A stretch of 64,000 bases of DNA. Origin: Octopus vulgaris. Lineage: Eukaryota. Below are positions 25,328 to 40,057 of this stretch, piece after piece (the stretch's first letter is position 1; every line of letters begins with the position of its first letter). A program made the position numbers and the translations under genes. A model generated the notes under the pieces. The model was not told the origin of the DNA. It searched no databases and worked only from the letters and a program-made list of their open reading frames with translations. The stretch covers positions 172,608,001-172,672,000 of the forward strand of contig OX597814.1 in the NCBI GenBank assembly GCA_951406725.2, in the 5' to 3' direction.

Positions 25328-25625
25328 ATGGGCAAGTGTCTTCTACTGTAACCTCGGGCTGACCAAAGCCATGTGAGTGGATTTGGTAGACGGAAACTAA
25401 AAGAAGCCCGTCGTGTATATATATGTATATATGTGTACATATGTGTGCATGTGGGGGGGTATGTTTGTGTGTCTGTGTTTGTCCTCTTCCACTATTGCTT
25501 GACAACTGATGTTGGTGTGTTTACGCCCCGTGATAGAATAAGTAGAGGCTTAAAAAGAACTCCTGTTCGACTAAAGACGCTGTTCCAGCATAGCCGTAGT
25601 CATATGGCTGAAACAAGTAAAAGAA
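25328..25625 (+). mobile_element. SINE B, 5'-truncated
   Basis: GGGCAAGTGTCTTC...GGATTTGGTAGACGGAAAC...CCAGCATAGCCGTAGTC...CTGAAACAAGTAAAAG. Confidence 0.85.
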
Positions 25626-25628
25626 AAA

Positions 25629-25667
<39 letters not shown>

Positions 25668-25821
25668 TGTATTCATAGCGATAAATAGAGGTACGTATAA
25701 TATTTGTAAGGATGGACGGATAAATACTCTCGCTCGCATCCAAAACTTAAAAGATTAAGTTCCATCATCTTTCTGATTAGAAGCTTTAACCACTTCTCTA
25801 CCACCGAACTATATATATATA

Positions 25822-26020
25822 TACTGGTTTCGACTTTTGGCTGGAGGCCAGCAATCATTTGGGGGAGGCAAGTCGATTACATCGACCCTAGTACTCAACT
25901 GGTACTTCTTGAATCGACCACGGAAGCACCTCGGCGGAATTTGAACTCACACTGTAAGGGAAAATGAAATGCCGCTAAGCATTTTGCCCGGCGCGCTAAC
26001 GATTCTGCTAGCTCGCTGTC
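25822..26020 (-). mobile_element. SINE A
   Basis: CTCGGCGGAATTTGAACTC ... GCCCGGCGCGCTAACGATTCTGCTAGCTCGC. Confidence 0.85.
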
Positions 26021-26084
26021 TTCAGTGTATAACTGAATAATATTGTCTCTTATTCCATTACAGCAACATCACCTACAAGAAGAA

Positions 26085-26125
<41 letters not shown>

Positions 26126-26127
26126 AC

Positions 26128-26182
<55 letters not shown>

Positions 26183-26249
26183 GCGGCAAAAAACAAATAC
26201 TGTTGCTGCTGCAGCTGCTGCTACTACAACTACTACTACTACTACTACA

Positions 26250-26296
<47 letters not shown>

Positions 26297-26297
26297 A
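26085..26297. repeat. (CAT)n/(CAA)n/(CTA)n microsatellite
   Basis: Directly visible. Confidence 0.95.
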
Positions 26298-28064
26298 ACG
26301 CCTTACGAATTGGATTGGTGGATGGATGGATTGACTGATGTTTAGCTAGACTGATGGCTAGATGGATGCATTCAAAGATTGATGCACGTATGAATGTATG
26401 GAGTAATTGATTGATAGATTACTGGATTGATCGATTTTTGCAAGGATTGATGGATAGACGGATTGATGGGTAGATGAACTGATGGAGTAATGAAAAGTTT
26501 GGAAGAATAAATACATGGAATGATGACTGTTGGTTGCCTCGCAGGCAGTGTGATTGATGGCCAGGTATCTTGTTGGATGGTTGGTCGTCTGGCGGATGTT
26601 CTTGCTGGCTGGCGGATGTTCTTGCTGGCTGGCGGACGCTCTTGCTGGCTGGCGACTGGCTGACAGGCTGGCTGGTTGGATGGTTGGTGAGATTGATGGA
26701 TAGCTAGATTGATAGGCGGATGGATGGATGGATAGATAGATGTATAGTTGGACAGCTGGACGGTCAGGTGGGAGAGGAAACGGTGAAGTGGTAGAAACAG
26801 AGGTTTATGCTGCGGCATAAGGAGAGGGCGTGTTGGAGAGGGTGTTTGGTCTGGGTATGGGGTGGTTATGGTGAGGCTCATCTTGTTCTGTATTCGTGGA
26901 GTAAAAGGACGGTAAATGGAAGTGGAGGTTGACCTGAGGAGCGGAGTGGAAAAGACAATGTGAAAGGGTGAGGGCGAAGTTGGGGGCGTGAGGAGTGAGG
27001 AGTGAAGTTGAAGAGGTGGGATAGGGAAGCTCAGGAGGAAGAGGAGTTAGAGAAGGGTCAAAGAATGGAAGTGGGCTGGTTGTATTTATATATATTTTTT
27101 TTTTGCGGTGCTGTGGATCGCAGAAAGGGATGATGGGAATGGAATGCCTGCAATGGAGAGAAAGAGAAAGTGTAGATGGAAAGAGACGAGAGAGAGGGGA
27201 AGGCAAGAGAAGAACAGTAAAGAAGAGAAAGGAGATGATGATGATGATGGTGAGGAGGAGGAGGAGGAGGAGGGGAGGTTGAAGGGCAACGGGGTGGGGC
27301 GAGGAGAGCGGGATGAGGTAAAAATGGTGTTGTGTTGGGAAGAGTTGTGAAAGTTCTCGGGAGGAGGTTGGAGGTATGTATGGCAGATGAGGAGTCAGTG
27401 TCTGGCAAGGGAAGGTCAGGCAGATGTGTGCGCACGCACGCGCACGAACGCGAGCACACAGTCATGCACACACACTCACGTACGCCTCACATAAGCACGA
27501 AAACACATACAAACACACACACATACACACAGACATACGTATGTACGCACACACAAAAAGCGCTAACACGTATGAACACGTGCGTGCACATGCAAACACG
27601 TTCGCACACACTTAAGCGCGTACACACAGAAACACTTACACACACATACACACACACACAATGGCATACTCACAAATGTAACACACACACATAATCACTT
27701 GCATACGCACACAGGCGCGCACATACGCACACAGGGGAGGGGGCACAGCGCGCGCACACACGCACATGTAATGTATACAATTACACACATTCGCACACAT
27801 AATCACTAACATACATACATACATACATACGCTAGCATATACACGCACATGCAACGTATACATTTGCACAACATAAGCACTCATACATACATAAACATAT
27901 ACATGCGGAAGTGCTTACACGTATACGAACACACAGAGGTTCACAAACGCACATGCTACATATAAATATATATATTTGCGTGTGCACACACAAACACACA
28001 CACACACTTACACACACACGGATACAAATAAATATATGTTTGTATGTATGTATTTATATGTGTA

Positions 28065-28119
<55 letters not shown>

Positions 28120-28179
28120 ATACGTATGCATGCATGTATATATGCATGAGTGTATGTGCGTGTATACATGTATATATAT

Positions 28180-28560
28180 TCTTTTATTCTCTTAATTGTT
28201 TCAGTCATTTCGGTGCGACCATCCTGGAGCACCTCCTTTAGTTGAGCAAATCGACTCCAACACTTATTCTTTGTAAGCCTAGTATTTATTCTATCGGTCA
28301 TTCTTACCGAACCACTAAGTTACGGGGGCGTAAACACACCATCATCAGTTGTCAAGCGATATTGGGGGGGGGGGGGGAGACAAACACAGACATATATACA
28401 TGTATGCGTCGGGCTTCTTTCACTTTCCGTCTACCAAATCTATTCACAAGGATTTGGTCGACCCGAGGCTATAATAGAAGTTACTTGCCCAAGGTGACAC
28501 GCAGTAGGACTGAACCCGGAACCATGTAGGTGGGAAGCAAGCTTCTTACCACAGCACTCC
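28180..28560 (-). mobile_element. SINE B, full length
   Basis: Collinear with the other B copies. Confidence 0.9.
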
Positions 28561-28870
28561 CGTATGTGTGTACACACACATAGATATATTATATATATAT
28601 ATGTATAAATTTTTACGTATTTATATATGTATATATGTAAGTGTGCACACGCACAGATGTATATATGTATGTATATATATATACATCTGTATATATATAC
28701 AACTGTATATATATACATATATACATGTATATATATATATATGTATATATGTATCTATGTAATTAAGTGGAAGAATGGAGTCGAACGACGATTTTAACAA
28801 ATTTGACGTGAATTTGCTACCCGGGTATCGGTTAACCGAATTGTCCATACTAGGATAATTCATTCACCTA

Positions 28871-28909
<39 letters not shown>

Positions 28910-29286
28910 ATAACTTACGTACGCATCAGGTACATTCACGCACACAAACACTATGCATACAACTATATATATTCGCGTGCATGAGGACTAACATGCATAC
29001 GAACACTGGATACACACATGCATATATAACCTATACACTTACACATACGCTTGCACATCTTGCACACAGTGACTCACGCACGCGCGCAACGATATGCATA
29101 CACATTACAAAATAAGCACATACGCAGATGTCCGTATAAACACAGCCGAAAGCACAAGCGTACAAACGTTCAGACAAATATACACGCATTTGCTAATATG
29201 CAGTGAAACACATAGGCGTGTACGTACATGTAGACGCTTTTTGCACGTAATTTCACATTCACAAACACTCTCATAAAAAAATAAAA

Positions 29287-29422
29287 TGCACGAGTGGCTG
29301 TGTGGTAAGTAGCTTATTTTACCAACCACATTGTTCCTGGTTCATTCCCACTGCGTGTTACCTTGGGCAGACCAAAGCCTTGTGAGTGGATTTGGTAGAC
29401 GGAAACTGAAAGAAGCTTGTCG

Positions 29423-29508
<86 letters not shown>

Positions 29509-29897
29509 CGTGTGTGTGTGTGTGTGTGTGTTGGTCCCCTCCCAACATCGCTTGACAACCGATGCTGGTGTGTTTGCGTTCCCGTAAATTAGCGGTTCGG
29601 CAAAAGAAACCGATAGAAGAAGTACTAGGCTTACAAAGAATAAGTCCTGGGGGTCGATTTACACGACTAAAGGTAGTGCTCCAGCATGGCCGCAGTCAAA
29701 TGGCTGAAACAAATAAAAAAGTAAAGAGAAAAGGAGTGGCTGTGTGGTAAGTAGCTTGCTAAACAACCACATGGTTCCGGGTTCAGTCCCACTGCGTGGT
29801 ATCTTGGGCAAGTGTCTTCTGCTATAGCCCCGGGCCGACCAATGCCTTGTGAGTGGATTTGGTAGACGGAAACTGAAAGAAGCCTGTCGTATATATG

Positions 29898-29928
<31 letters not shown>

Positions 29929-30145
29929 ATGTGTGTGTGTTTGCGTGTCTGTGTTTGTCCCCCTAGCATTGCTTGACAACCGATGCTGGTGTGTTTACGT
30001 CCCCGTCACTTAGCGGTTCGGCAAAAGAGCCTGATAGAATAAGTACTGGGCTTACAAAGAATAAGTCCCGGGGTCGATTTGCTCGACTAAAGGTAGTGCT
30101 CCAGCATGGCCGCAGTCAAATGACTGAAACAAGTAAAAGAGTAAG
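29287..30145 (+). mobile_element. Head-to-tail tandem pair of SINE B (junction ~29731)
   Basis: Two complete head-CORE-microsatellite-tail units. Confidence 0.92.
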
Positions 30146-30548
30146 GAGTATATACAGAAAGCACACACGCGTAGAAAGAATTAACATAAGCATGAACATA
30201 TGTAGAAATACGACTGCACATGCTAAACACACACACACAAACACACGCACACACTAATACCCGCACACATACTTATGTATTCATACTCACAGACAAATAT
30301 ACACACATACATACACACACATGCATAAATATACATAGAGACACTCATGCACTGACACATCATACACGCAAATATTCCTATTAGGAGTGCCATAACTATG
30401 GATATATATGTTTATGTGTGCATGCATGTGTGTATGTGCACATATGTGTGTGTGTGTGTGTTTGTGTGTACATATATATTAAAATCGCGTCTTAATTTTA
30501 AGAAACCTAGCATGTGTGCTAGGTCTATACATACATGCATATAAATAC

Positions 30549-30579
<31 letters not shown>

Positions 30580-30665
30580 CACATATACCTATATATATAT
30601 ATATGTATATATTTATGTATATATATATATGTATATATATATGTATACATATATATATGTATACA

Positions 30666-30730
<65 letters not shown>

Positions 30731-30764
30731 ATACATATATATGTGTGTGATTGTGTATAGAAGA

Positions 30765-30996
<232 letters not shown>

Positions 30997-31205
30997 AGAT
31001 AGATTGATATATAACTATATGTATAGATTCGTGTGTGTGTGTGCATGTGAGTGTATATAATTATGGATGTATATAAATATGAGTGCTAGCGTGTGTGTTG
31101 CATACTTTTCACAAAACCCAGAATATCATCAGAAAATAAAAACGGAAAACTTATACACATTAAGCTACACATGCGTACCGGCACTCTATCTCAGAAACGT
31201 GTCCG

Positions 31206-31273
<68 letters not shown>

Positions 31274-31829
31274 AACAAACACACAAAGGAAACATACACA
31301 CAACCGTTCATAAATATACCTAACAATGAATGTTAACAAGAACATAAACATACAAAATAGTTTATGATCATCCCCCACAGAAACGTGTTTATGGAAAGCC
31401 AACGCGTGATCTCTCACAAACCCGCACACAGGCATTGTAGTCACACATGTAGGCATGCAATATTCCCTATCGTATGGAAACAAAGATATGCACAGAGAGA
31501 GACTCACATGCACGCATACTTAAACCATTTCAAAATCACGTACATGCATCCGCATGAAAACAAAAAAAATACATACGCACATTCTCACACAAGCACGCTC
31601 AGGGCACCGTAACGCGGTTTACAGTGTTCCGAATAGCAGGCATGAGGATACGAATTCACACACCCACCCATTTGAATATACGCACGCTGACACACAGACA
31701 CACTGACACACACCCAAAAGCACGCAGCAACAGACACACCCACAAACAAGCACAAGCTCATTTCAGAATCTCGTGTACGTGATGCATTAATAGGCATGAA
31801 CGCACGCGCACACACACACACACACACAC

Positions 31830-33130
31830 ACAGATATGCACCCACATACACACATATACAAATACGAACAGGAACACATGCACACGCTCACACACACACA
31901 CACGCACACACACACACAGATATGCACCCACATACATATACAAATACAAACAGGAACACATGCACACGCACACACACACATACAGAGATATGCACCCACA
32001 TACATACATATACAAATACGAACAGGAACACATGCACATGCACACGCTGACACACACACACACACACACGCACACAGACACACAGATATGCACCCACATA
32101 CATACATATACAAATACGAACAGGAACACATGCACGCTCACACACACACACACAAACACAGATATGCACCCACATACATACATATACAAATACGAACAGG
32201 AACACATGCACATGCACACGCTCACACACACACACACACACACGCACACAGACACACAGATATGCACCCACATACATACATATACAAATACGAACAGGAA
32301 CACATGCACGCTCACACACACACACACACACACGCACACACACACACAGATATGCACCCACATATATATACATATACAAATACGAACAGGAACACATGCA
32401 CATGCACACGCACACGCACACGCACACACACACAGATATGCACCCACATACATACATATACAAATACGAACAGGAACACATGCACGCTCACACACACACA
32501 CACACACACACGCACACACACACACAGATATGCACCCACATATATATACATATACAAATACGAACAGGAACACATGCACATGCACACGCACACGCACACA
32601 CACACAGATATGCACCCACATACATACATATACAAATACGAACAGGAACACATGCACATGCACACGCACACGCACACACACACACACAGATATGCACCCA
32701 CATACATACATATACAAATACGAACAGGAACACATACACACGCTCACACACACACACGCACACACACACACACAGATATACATATACAAATACGATATAC
32801 AAATATACATATACAAATACACTTACATACATATACAAATACGAACAGGAACACATGCACATGCACACGCTCACACACACACACACACACACACAGATAT
32901 GCACCCACATATATATATATACACAAATACGAACAGGAACACATGCACACGCACGCACACACACACAGATATGCACCCACATACATACATATACAAATAC
33001 GAACAGGAACACATGCACATGCACACGCTGACACACACACACGCACACACACACACACACACACAGATATGCACCCACATATATATATATATATATATAC
33101 AAATACGAACAGGAACACATGCACACGCGC
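31830..33130. repeat. Composite minisatellite, ~15 units: constant ~50-bp core plus variable (CA)n
   Basis: Core CAGATATGCACCCACATACATACATATACAAATACGAACAGGAACACATGCAC. Confidence 0.95.
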
Positions 33131-33537
33131 TCACACACGCACACTTACATATCACACATTTACAATCATGGATCCACGAAAATACGCACAGACACAAATA
33201 TACATACTTGCATATACACGTACATACACACATACACAGACGCGCACATACACACACATATACACACTACTAGATCATCCTATAACTTACACCAGTTGTT
33301 GTGAACTGGGATCCATGTGAATCTTGAAGGCCCACATAAGAATTTGTAGTCAAAATTTAAGCCCAATAAACTGGTTATACAGCTAAAATACTCAAAATAT
33401 ATACAAAATATTTCTAACAACCTTTTATAAAATTCCTACAGATATTTAATTAAATAAGTAAAAATTACTTTAATTATTTTTATCAATTTTCTTTTATTAT
33501 ATACAATTCCTAATATCTTTTTAAAAAAATCTTTTTT

Positions 33538-33742
33538 AATTGTTTCAGCAATTTGTCTGTAGCCATGCTGGAGTACCGCCTTTAGTCGAGAAAATCGACC
33601 CCATGACTTATTCTTTGTAAGCCTAGTACTCATTCTATCGGTTTCTTTTGCCGAACCACTAAGGTACGGGGACGTAAACATAACACCATCAGTTGTCAAG
33701 CGATGTTGGGGGATAAACACAGACACACAAACATATACACAC

Positions 33743-33790
<48 letters not shown>

Positions 33791-33955
33791 GATGGGCTTC
33801 TTCCAGTTTCCGTCTACCAAATCCACTCACAAGGCTTTGGTCGGCCCGAAGCTATAGTAGAAGACACTTGCCCAAGGTGCCACGCAGTGGGACTGAACCC
33901 CCGAACCATGTGGTTGGTAAGCAAGCTACTAACCACACAGCCACTCCTACGCCTA
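33538..33955 (-). mobile_element. SINE B, full length
   Basis: Collinear with the other B copies. Confidence 0.92.
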
Positions 33956-34216
33956 TATTTAATATCTAATTATAAAAATATAATAGGATATTTCAAGCAT
34001 CAAATGGTTATGAAGGCCCATCTAAATAACAACGCAATAACAGGGGACCTATTGGCATGAGTACCACTTATTTAGACGATGAGCATTTCATTTCTTCGAT
34101 TAGCGCAATGATTTAGCGTGTAAGTGACTACGCATTCCACAGACAAGCGTACCCTAAATGTGATCCTCAGCAAAACAAAGTTGTCTCATTAAATTGCGGG
34201 TACAATGCAGACCACT

Positions 34217-34544
34217 GAAGGCGCGTGGCTAAGTGGTTAGGGATATTCGGCTCACAATTGTAAGGTCATGATTTCGATTCCCGGTGGCGCGTTATGTCCT
34301 TGAGCAAGGTACTTATTTCACATTGCTTCAGTCCACTCAGCTGGCAAAAATGAGTAGCACTTGTTTTTCAAAGAAGCCAGCTTTGTCGCATTCTGTGTCG
34401 CGCTGAATCTCCCTGAGAACTACGTTAAGCGGGTATACATATCTGTGGAGTGCTCAGACACTTACTTGTACGTCAATTTGATGAACAGGCTGTTCTATTG
34501 ATCGGATCAACTGGAACCCTCGTCGTCGTAACCGACGGAGTGCC
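34217..34544 (+). mobile_element. SINE C
   Basis: Aligns with 14968-15281. Confidence 0.85.
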
Positions 34545-34574
34545 ATATTGTTGTGCTTTTTTTTTTTACAATGC

Positions 34575-34740
34575 AGGCGTTGGCGTGGCTGTGTGGTAAG
34601 TAGCTTGCTTACCAACCACATGGTTCTGGTTTCAGTCCCACTGCGTGGTACCTTGGGCAAGTGTCTTCTACTATAGCCTCGGGCCGACCAAAGTCTTGTG
34701 AGTTGATTTGGTAGACGGAAACTGAAAGAAGTCCGTCGTA

Positions 34741-34801
<61 letters not shown>

Positions 34802-34995
34802 TTGTGTGTGATTATGTTTGCGTGTCTGGTGTATTTACGTCCCCGTAACTTAGCGGTTCGGCAAAAGAGACCGATAGAATAAGTACTAGGCTTACAAAGA
34901 ATAAGTCCTGGGGTCGATATGCTCGACTAAAGGCGGTGCTCCACCATGGACACAGTGAAATGACTGAAACAAGTAACAGAGTAACAGAGTAACAG
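34575..34995 (+). mobile_element. SINE B, full length
   Basis: Collinear with the other B copies; GTAACAGA tail repeats. Confidence 0.9.
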
Positions 34996-35074
34996 TGAGT
35001 GCGCAGACCATTCGATAGATTTCCATGCATTTCCATCTATCCAATTCCACACTCAAACTTTAATTTATGCGCAA

Positions 35075-35465
35075 AGCCAGTAATTTTGAGGGAAGAGTAT
35101 CAATCGACTACATCGATCTCCAAAATTTGACCGGTACTTTGATAGAACCCCGGACATAGATGAAAGGTAAAGTAAACGAGCCGGCATTTGAACAGATACC
35201 GTTAGGCTTTTATTTTTTTGTGTACTCTAACGATTCTTATTTCTTTATTGCCCACAAGGGGCTAAACATAGAGGGGACAAACAAGGACAGACAAGAGATT
35301 AAGTCGATTACATCGACCCCAGTGCGTAACTGGTACTTAATTTATCGACCCCGAAAGGATGAAAGGCAAAGTCGACCTCGGTGGAATTTGAACTCAGAAC
35401 GCCGCTGAGTTGAAATACCACAAAGCCTTTCGCCCGGCGTGCTAACTTTTCTGCCAGCTCGCCTT
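35075..35465 (-). mobile_element. SINE A (young copy 35238-35465 plus an older decayed copy)
   Basis: ATCGACCCCGAAAGGATGAAAGGCAAAGTCGACCTCGG. Confidence 0.85.
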
Positions 35466-35824
35466 AAGTGCTTTAACGATTCTGCACTAACACAATGCCC
35501 ACAAACACAACGCACATTAAGACAATCGTATATTAATCTATACCAACACACTTGCATGCATTCGCGCATATACATACATACACATACGAACACACGGTCA
35601 CATAAATTACGCACGAGCGACAATACACGACCGTACGCATAAAGGCACGCACACACGCACGCAAAACTATTCGTCCCCAGATATAATGTGATGATACAGT
35701 GTGTGGTAATGCCACTTAAGTGGGAGTGTTAATGTATTCGTTTCAGTGACTCTATAAGTATATACTGTTTACGCATAGATACATACATACATATGTATAG
35801 ATATCACACACACACATACATACA

Positions 35825-35860
<36 letters not shown>

Positions 35861-35878
35861 CATATATATATATATATA

Positions 35879-35991
<113 letters not shown>

Positions 35992-36085
35992 AATTTAGAT
36001 TCAGATGAATATGGTACTTCAGTTGAGGTACCAGGAATTTAGTACGGTATTATCCATACAATTTCAAAATAAAGTGATTAGAATC

Positions 36086-36171
36086 AATTCCACCGCGGTA
36101 AATTCCGCCACGGAAAATTCCACCAGGTAAATTTCACCATAGGTAAATTCCACCATGGTAAATTATTATTA

Positions 36172-36230
<59 letters not shown>

Positions 36231-36955
36231 TAGAAGTGTTCCACACTGCTTCGCGCTCATCATTAACATCCGCACATCCAAATTTGTGGAAACTATGCAC
36301 TGCCCTTAAAACTGAGGAAGGATTAAGCCAGACAAAAATTACACACGTTCGACGTGGAGATTCAACAACAACAACAAACAGAAAAAAGACCTATCAAATT
36401 ATTCATGCACGATGAAGAAGCTAGTTCAGGAATGTCAAAATGAAAACCTTCTGCAATTTTTAAGAAGTATTGCAACAATTTGTATGATGAAATTTTTAAA
36501 AAAATAAATTGAACTCTCTTATCCTAACTCTGCTTCACAATGTACTCGCTGTTATTTTTCATCCTATTGTTATAATAAAATGTGTGCTAAAATTTAATCT
36601 TTTCTTTCTTTATTCCAAATTGTATTATTTTTGATATTTTGTGATGAGTCTTTTTTCATAGATTCTTGCTCGATGGCAGTACATTCAAGTGATTCCTTCT
36701 CAATTCAAGTAAAATATAAAGATTATTTTCTGTCTCACCTTCAGTCACTCTCTCTCTCTCTTTTCTTAAGAATTGTTAGATAGACATTATCTAACATAGG
36801 TATTGACCCACGGTCTAGAGAAACTGATCATGGTGATTATTAGCGGGTGGAATTTACCATGGTGGAATATAACGTGGTAGAATTTACCTACGGTGAAATT
36901 TACCTGGTGGAACTTTCCGTGGTGGAATTTACCGCGGTGGAATTTACCTACAACC
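36086..36955 (+). mobile_element. Foldback-type Mutator-like (MULE) element remnant
   Basis: Inverted arrays of a 15-bp unit (AATTCCACCRYGGTA) at 36086-36161 and 36845-36950; interior LEVFHT...HPNLWKLCTALKTEE resembles the MULE transposase C-terminus. Confidence 0.7.
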
Positions 36956-38289
36956 GGTATTCCAGCCGTGACTGTCCTCCCGCAGTTTGTCTCTTCTCCT
37001 CTCCCTCTATGGCTCTCTTTTTCACTCCGTCATTCTCTCTTTCTCTCTTTTCCCCCTCTCCCCCTCTCTCTGTTGCATATTTGTGACCACATTATCTGAT
37101 ATGTTTTTCTCTCCATCTGTTTAAAGACGATACGGTTGTGATTTGACGAAGATATGGCTGCTATATCAACCAGATCTAGTAATTCACGGGCATGCGTGTT
37201 TGTATATACATGTGTGTATGTGTGTATGTGCATGTACGAGAGTGAGCGTATGTATGAGAAAGATTGTGTGTTTGTGTACGTGCGTGTGTGTATGTGGGTG
37301 CGTGTGCAAGAATGTGCGCGCGCACACTTTTTATTTGGAGGTGTATTTCTTTTCCTTTAGTTCTTGAATGTAGTCTTGCAAAAGTAACCATGCTGCAATA
37401 TTCTCTGATACTAGACGTTTTTATTGTTTAACCACCAAGTTAGTCGTAATCGAACAGACATCTATGATAAAAAGTCTTTCTCCAATGTTAGTGATAGAAC
37501 TGCAGCAGTTGTCGCAGCTGCAGCTGTCTGTGTTGTTGCTTCTGCTGTTGATACGTCAGTACGTTGTTGTTCTTGTTCGGTTTGTGTTATCGGCAGTAGA
37601 TGGATCTTCGCGCTTTCAACACCAACATTCAATTGCACAGGAAGTTAATGTCTTATATTTTTCCATATCGCCCGTTTTTACCAAGAAGGGAATCTTTAGT
37701 GTTGTTCTATACCAAAACTCCCTTTCAGTTAATTTTACATCGATTATGGTGTCACTGCTTCCAATATAACACAGGCCCAAACCCCCCAGATGTCCAGCTC
37801 TGGTTACACTCTATCTTTCACATGAATACTCCTACTTCTAAAATATTTTGGACAGTGTGTGACTTCACCGTCGCGTATAGGAACTATAATGTGCTTCAGT
37901 GCAATGGTTCCCCTTTCTACACTCCTGAACTACATTGCCCTGTGAAATATTCTATATCTTCCCATATATCTTTGAAGGCTCTTCCACATGGGTGTGTCTA
38001 TCTGCTTCTAAGCATTGGGATTTTGCCGAAAGCGTAGTTTTCCGAGCAGTTGTTGCCGAAATATCTACTGGAATTGCAGCTTAATTTTTTCAACCATTCA
38101 CTTTCACAGGTTGCTACTTATGTCAAACGTGTTTCCTTTTAGGAAGAGTGAAAAGTATTTTGTTGACTTCGCTGTTATGCTAGGAAAACTATCCTGTCCG
38201 TAGAGTAACACCCAGCTTTTACTTTTCCGTCGTCGTTATTGTTGTTTGTTGCTGTTGTAGTTGTAATTGTTGTTGTTGCTGCTGTCTTC

Positions 38290-38610
38290 TTCTTCCAATG
38301 AGGACTCACGTCATTAGCCACAAAGAATTATCTCTAAATCGAGCCTACTCTAAGCTACTAAAAATGCATGTGGAAACTTGAAGATCCACTCACCACACGC
38401 GATAGACTGACGGTTGCACGGGCGCGAAAGCTACGTTGTTATCCTCATTCCGTAAACGGTGGCTTTTAACGGGTGGAGAGCTGAACCATCCTGTAATCAC
38501 ACCATAGTGGGTTACACCATGGTTCCTCTACTTTGTAGCAGAAGTAGGAAGAAAGAGTGAGAGAAAGTTGTAGTGAATGAGTACAGCGGGGTTCACCAAC
38601 CCTCCCCGCA
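38290..38610 (-). mobile_element. 3' part of SINE family D
   Basis: GAAGAAAGAGTGAGAGAAAGTTGTAGTGAATGAGTACAGCGGG is shared with 21515-21575. Confidence 0.5.
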
Positions 38611-39174
38611 ACAACAACAACAATATTAACGAGAACAACAACAACGGCGATGATGACGATGGCGATGGTGATGATAATGGTGATGATGATGTTGATGATG
38701 TCGACGATGAGGATTTATTAACTACCAAAGGTTTACAAAATGAGCGAGGATAGTACAGGACGGTAAGACATGACGAATGGATGCAAATATATATTCGAAT
38801 GTCTTCAGAGTAATTTGCGAGTATGTAATTTGCAGTAATTTTTTTGCTGACTGTCCAATCACAATGAAACTATACACAGGTTTTGGTTATAAAGTTGTTG
38901 CAGACTTGAATAATTGCAAGGAATAGTATGTATAGTTTTGAGTCTGTATTTTATTGATTCCGTACACTGTTGAGTATTTGTTGTATTGTGTATGTAATTC
39001 AATGCAATGCGAATTTAGTGTGTGTAGAGTGGAGTATTTGATATGCTGAGATATTTTCAATGTTGAATTAGTGTTTTTTACGTGCTAGTTAATTGGGTGC
39101 AGCGTTGTGAGAATATAATTTCGAATGACAGCAGTGTAGTGTTAGAACAATAGTAAAGTGAGGTATTGAATGCT

Positions 39175-39330
39175 TACACTAGGCACAAGGCCCGAAATTT
39201 TGGGGGGAGGGGACTAGTCGATTAGATCGACCCCAGTACGCAACTGGTACTTAATTTATCGACTCCGAAAATGTTAAAAGGCAAAGTCGACCGAGATGGA
39301 ATTTGAACTCAGAACGTAAAGACAAACGAG
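39175..39330 (-). mobile_element. SINE A fragment
   Basis: CTAGGCACAAGGCCCGAAATTTT...GAATTTGAACTCAGAACGT. Confidence 0.85.
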
Positions 39331-39344
39331 ATGAATGTGTACAA

Positions 39345-40030
39345 TATTGAGCACACTGTTGAGTGAGTTCAGTGTTAAGTGAGTGTAGTGTTAAGTGTTT
39401 TCTGAGTTGAGTATAATGTTAAATGTATTGAATATGCAGAATCTTGAGTGAGCATAGTGCTGCGAGGGAGTTATGTTGAATGAGTATAGTGTTGAGTGCT
39501 TGGAGTGCTGAAGGAGTGTGATGTTGAGTGTGTGTAACATTGATTGATTACTGTGCTGAATGAGTACAGTGTTGAGTGCATTGAGTCTGTTAAAAGTATG
39601 CAGTATTAAGAGGTGTCAGTTTTGAGTGAGGGGAGTGTTAAATGTGAGTAGTTCGAAAAGTACTGTATTGAATGAGCACAGTTCTGAAAGAGCGCAATCT
39701 CGAGTGACTGAAGTGTCGATGGAGCGCAGTTTCGAATGCGTACACTGTTGAATGTGTAACGATGCACGCGATGAGCTTTGAGTGAGGGCAGTTCTGAAAG
39801 CATGCAGTGTTGTAGGAGAGCTGTGTTGAGTGAGATCAGTATTGAAAGCATGCATTGCTGCAGCAGAGCTGTGTTGAGGTAATGCAACGCTAAGTGAGTG
39901 CTGTGGTTGTATGTTCAATGTTCAATGTGCTCAGCGCTGAAAGATTATAGCATCGAATCAGAGCAGTGCTGAATATGATCTGTATTGTGTGTGGGTGTGT
40001 GTGTGTGTGTGTGTAGTATTGAAGGAGCGC
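39345..40030. repeat. Decayed ~18-20-bp satellite (GAGTGCAGTGTTGAGT-like)
   Basis: Recurrent AGTGTTGAGTG / GTGCTGAATGAG motifs. Confidence 0.6.
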
Positions 40031-40057
40031 AAGCAGTGAGTGCAGAGTTGGATATGT

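Noticed and set aside
31758-33320. Long ORFs (354-494 aa) and a CRISPR-like repeat/spacer appearance
   Set aside because: ORFs are stop-free translations of a CA/TA-rich satellite; the spacers are only (CA)n; eukaryotic context and no cas genes
37640-38220. Possible Ty3/gypsy gag-protease remnant on the minus strand
   Set aside because: Only faint Cys/His hints across stops and frameshifts; unsupported without BLASTX
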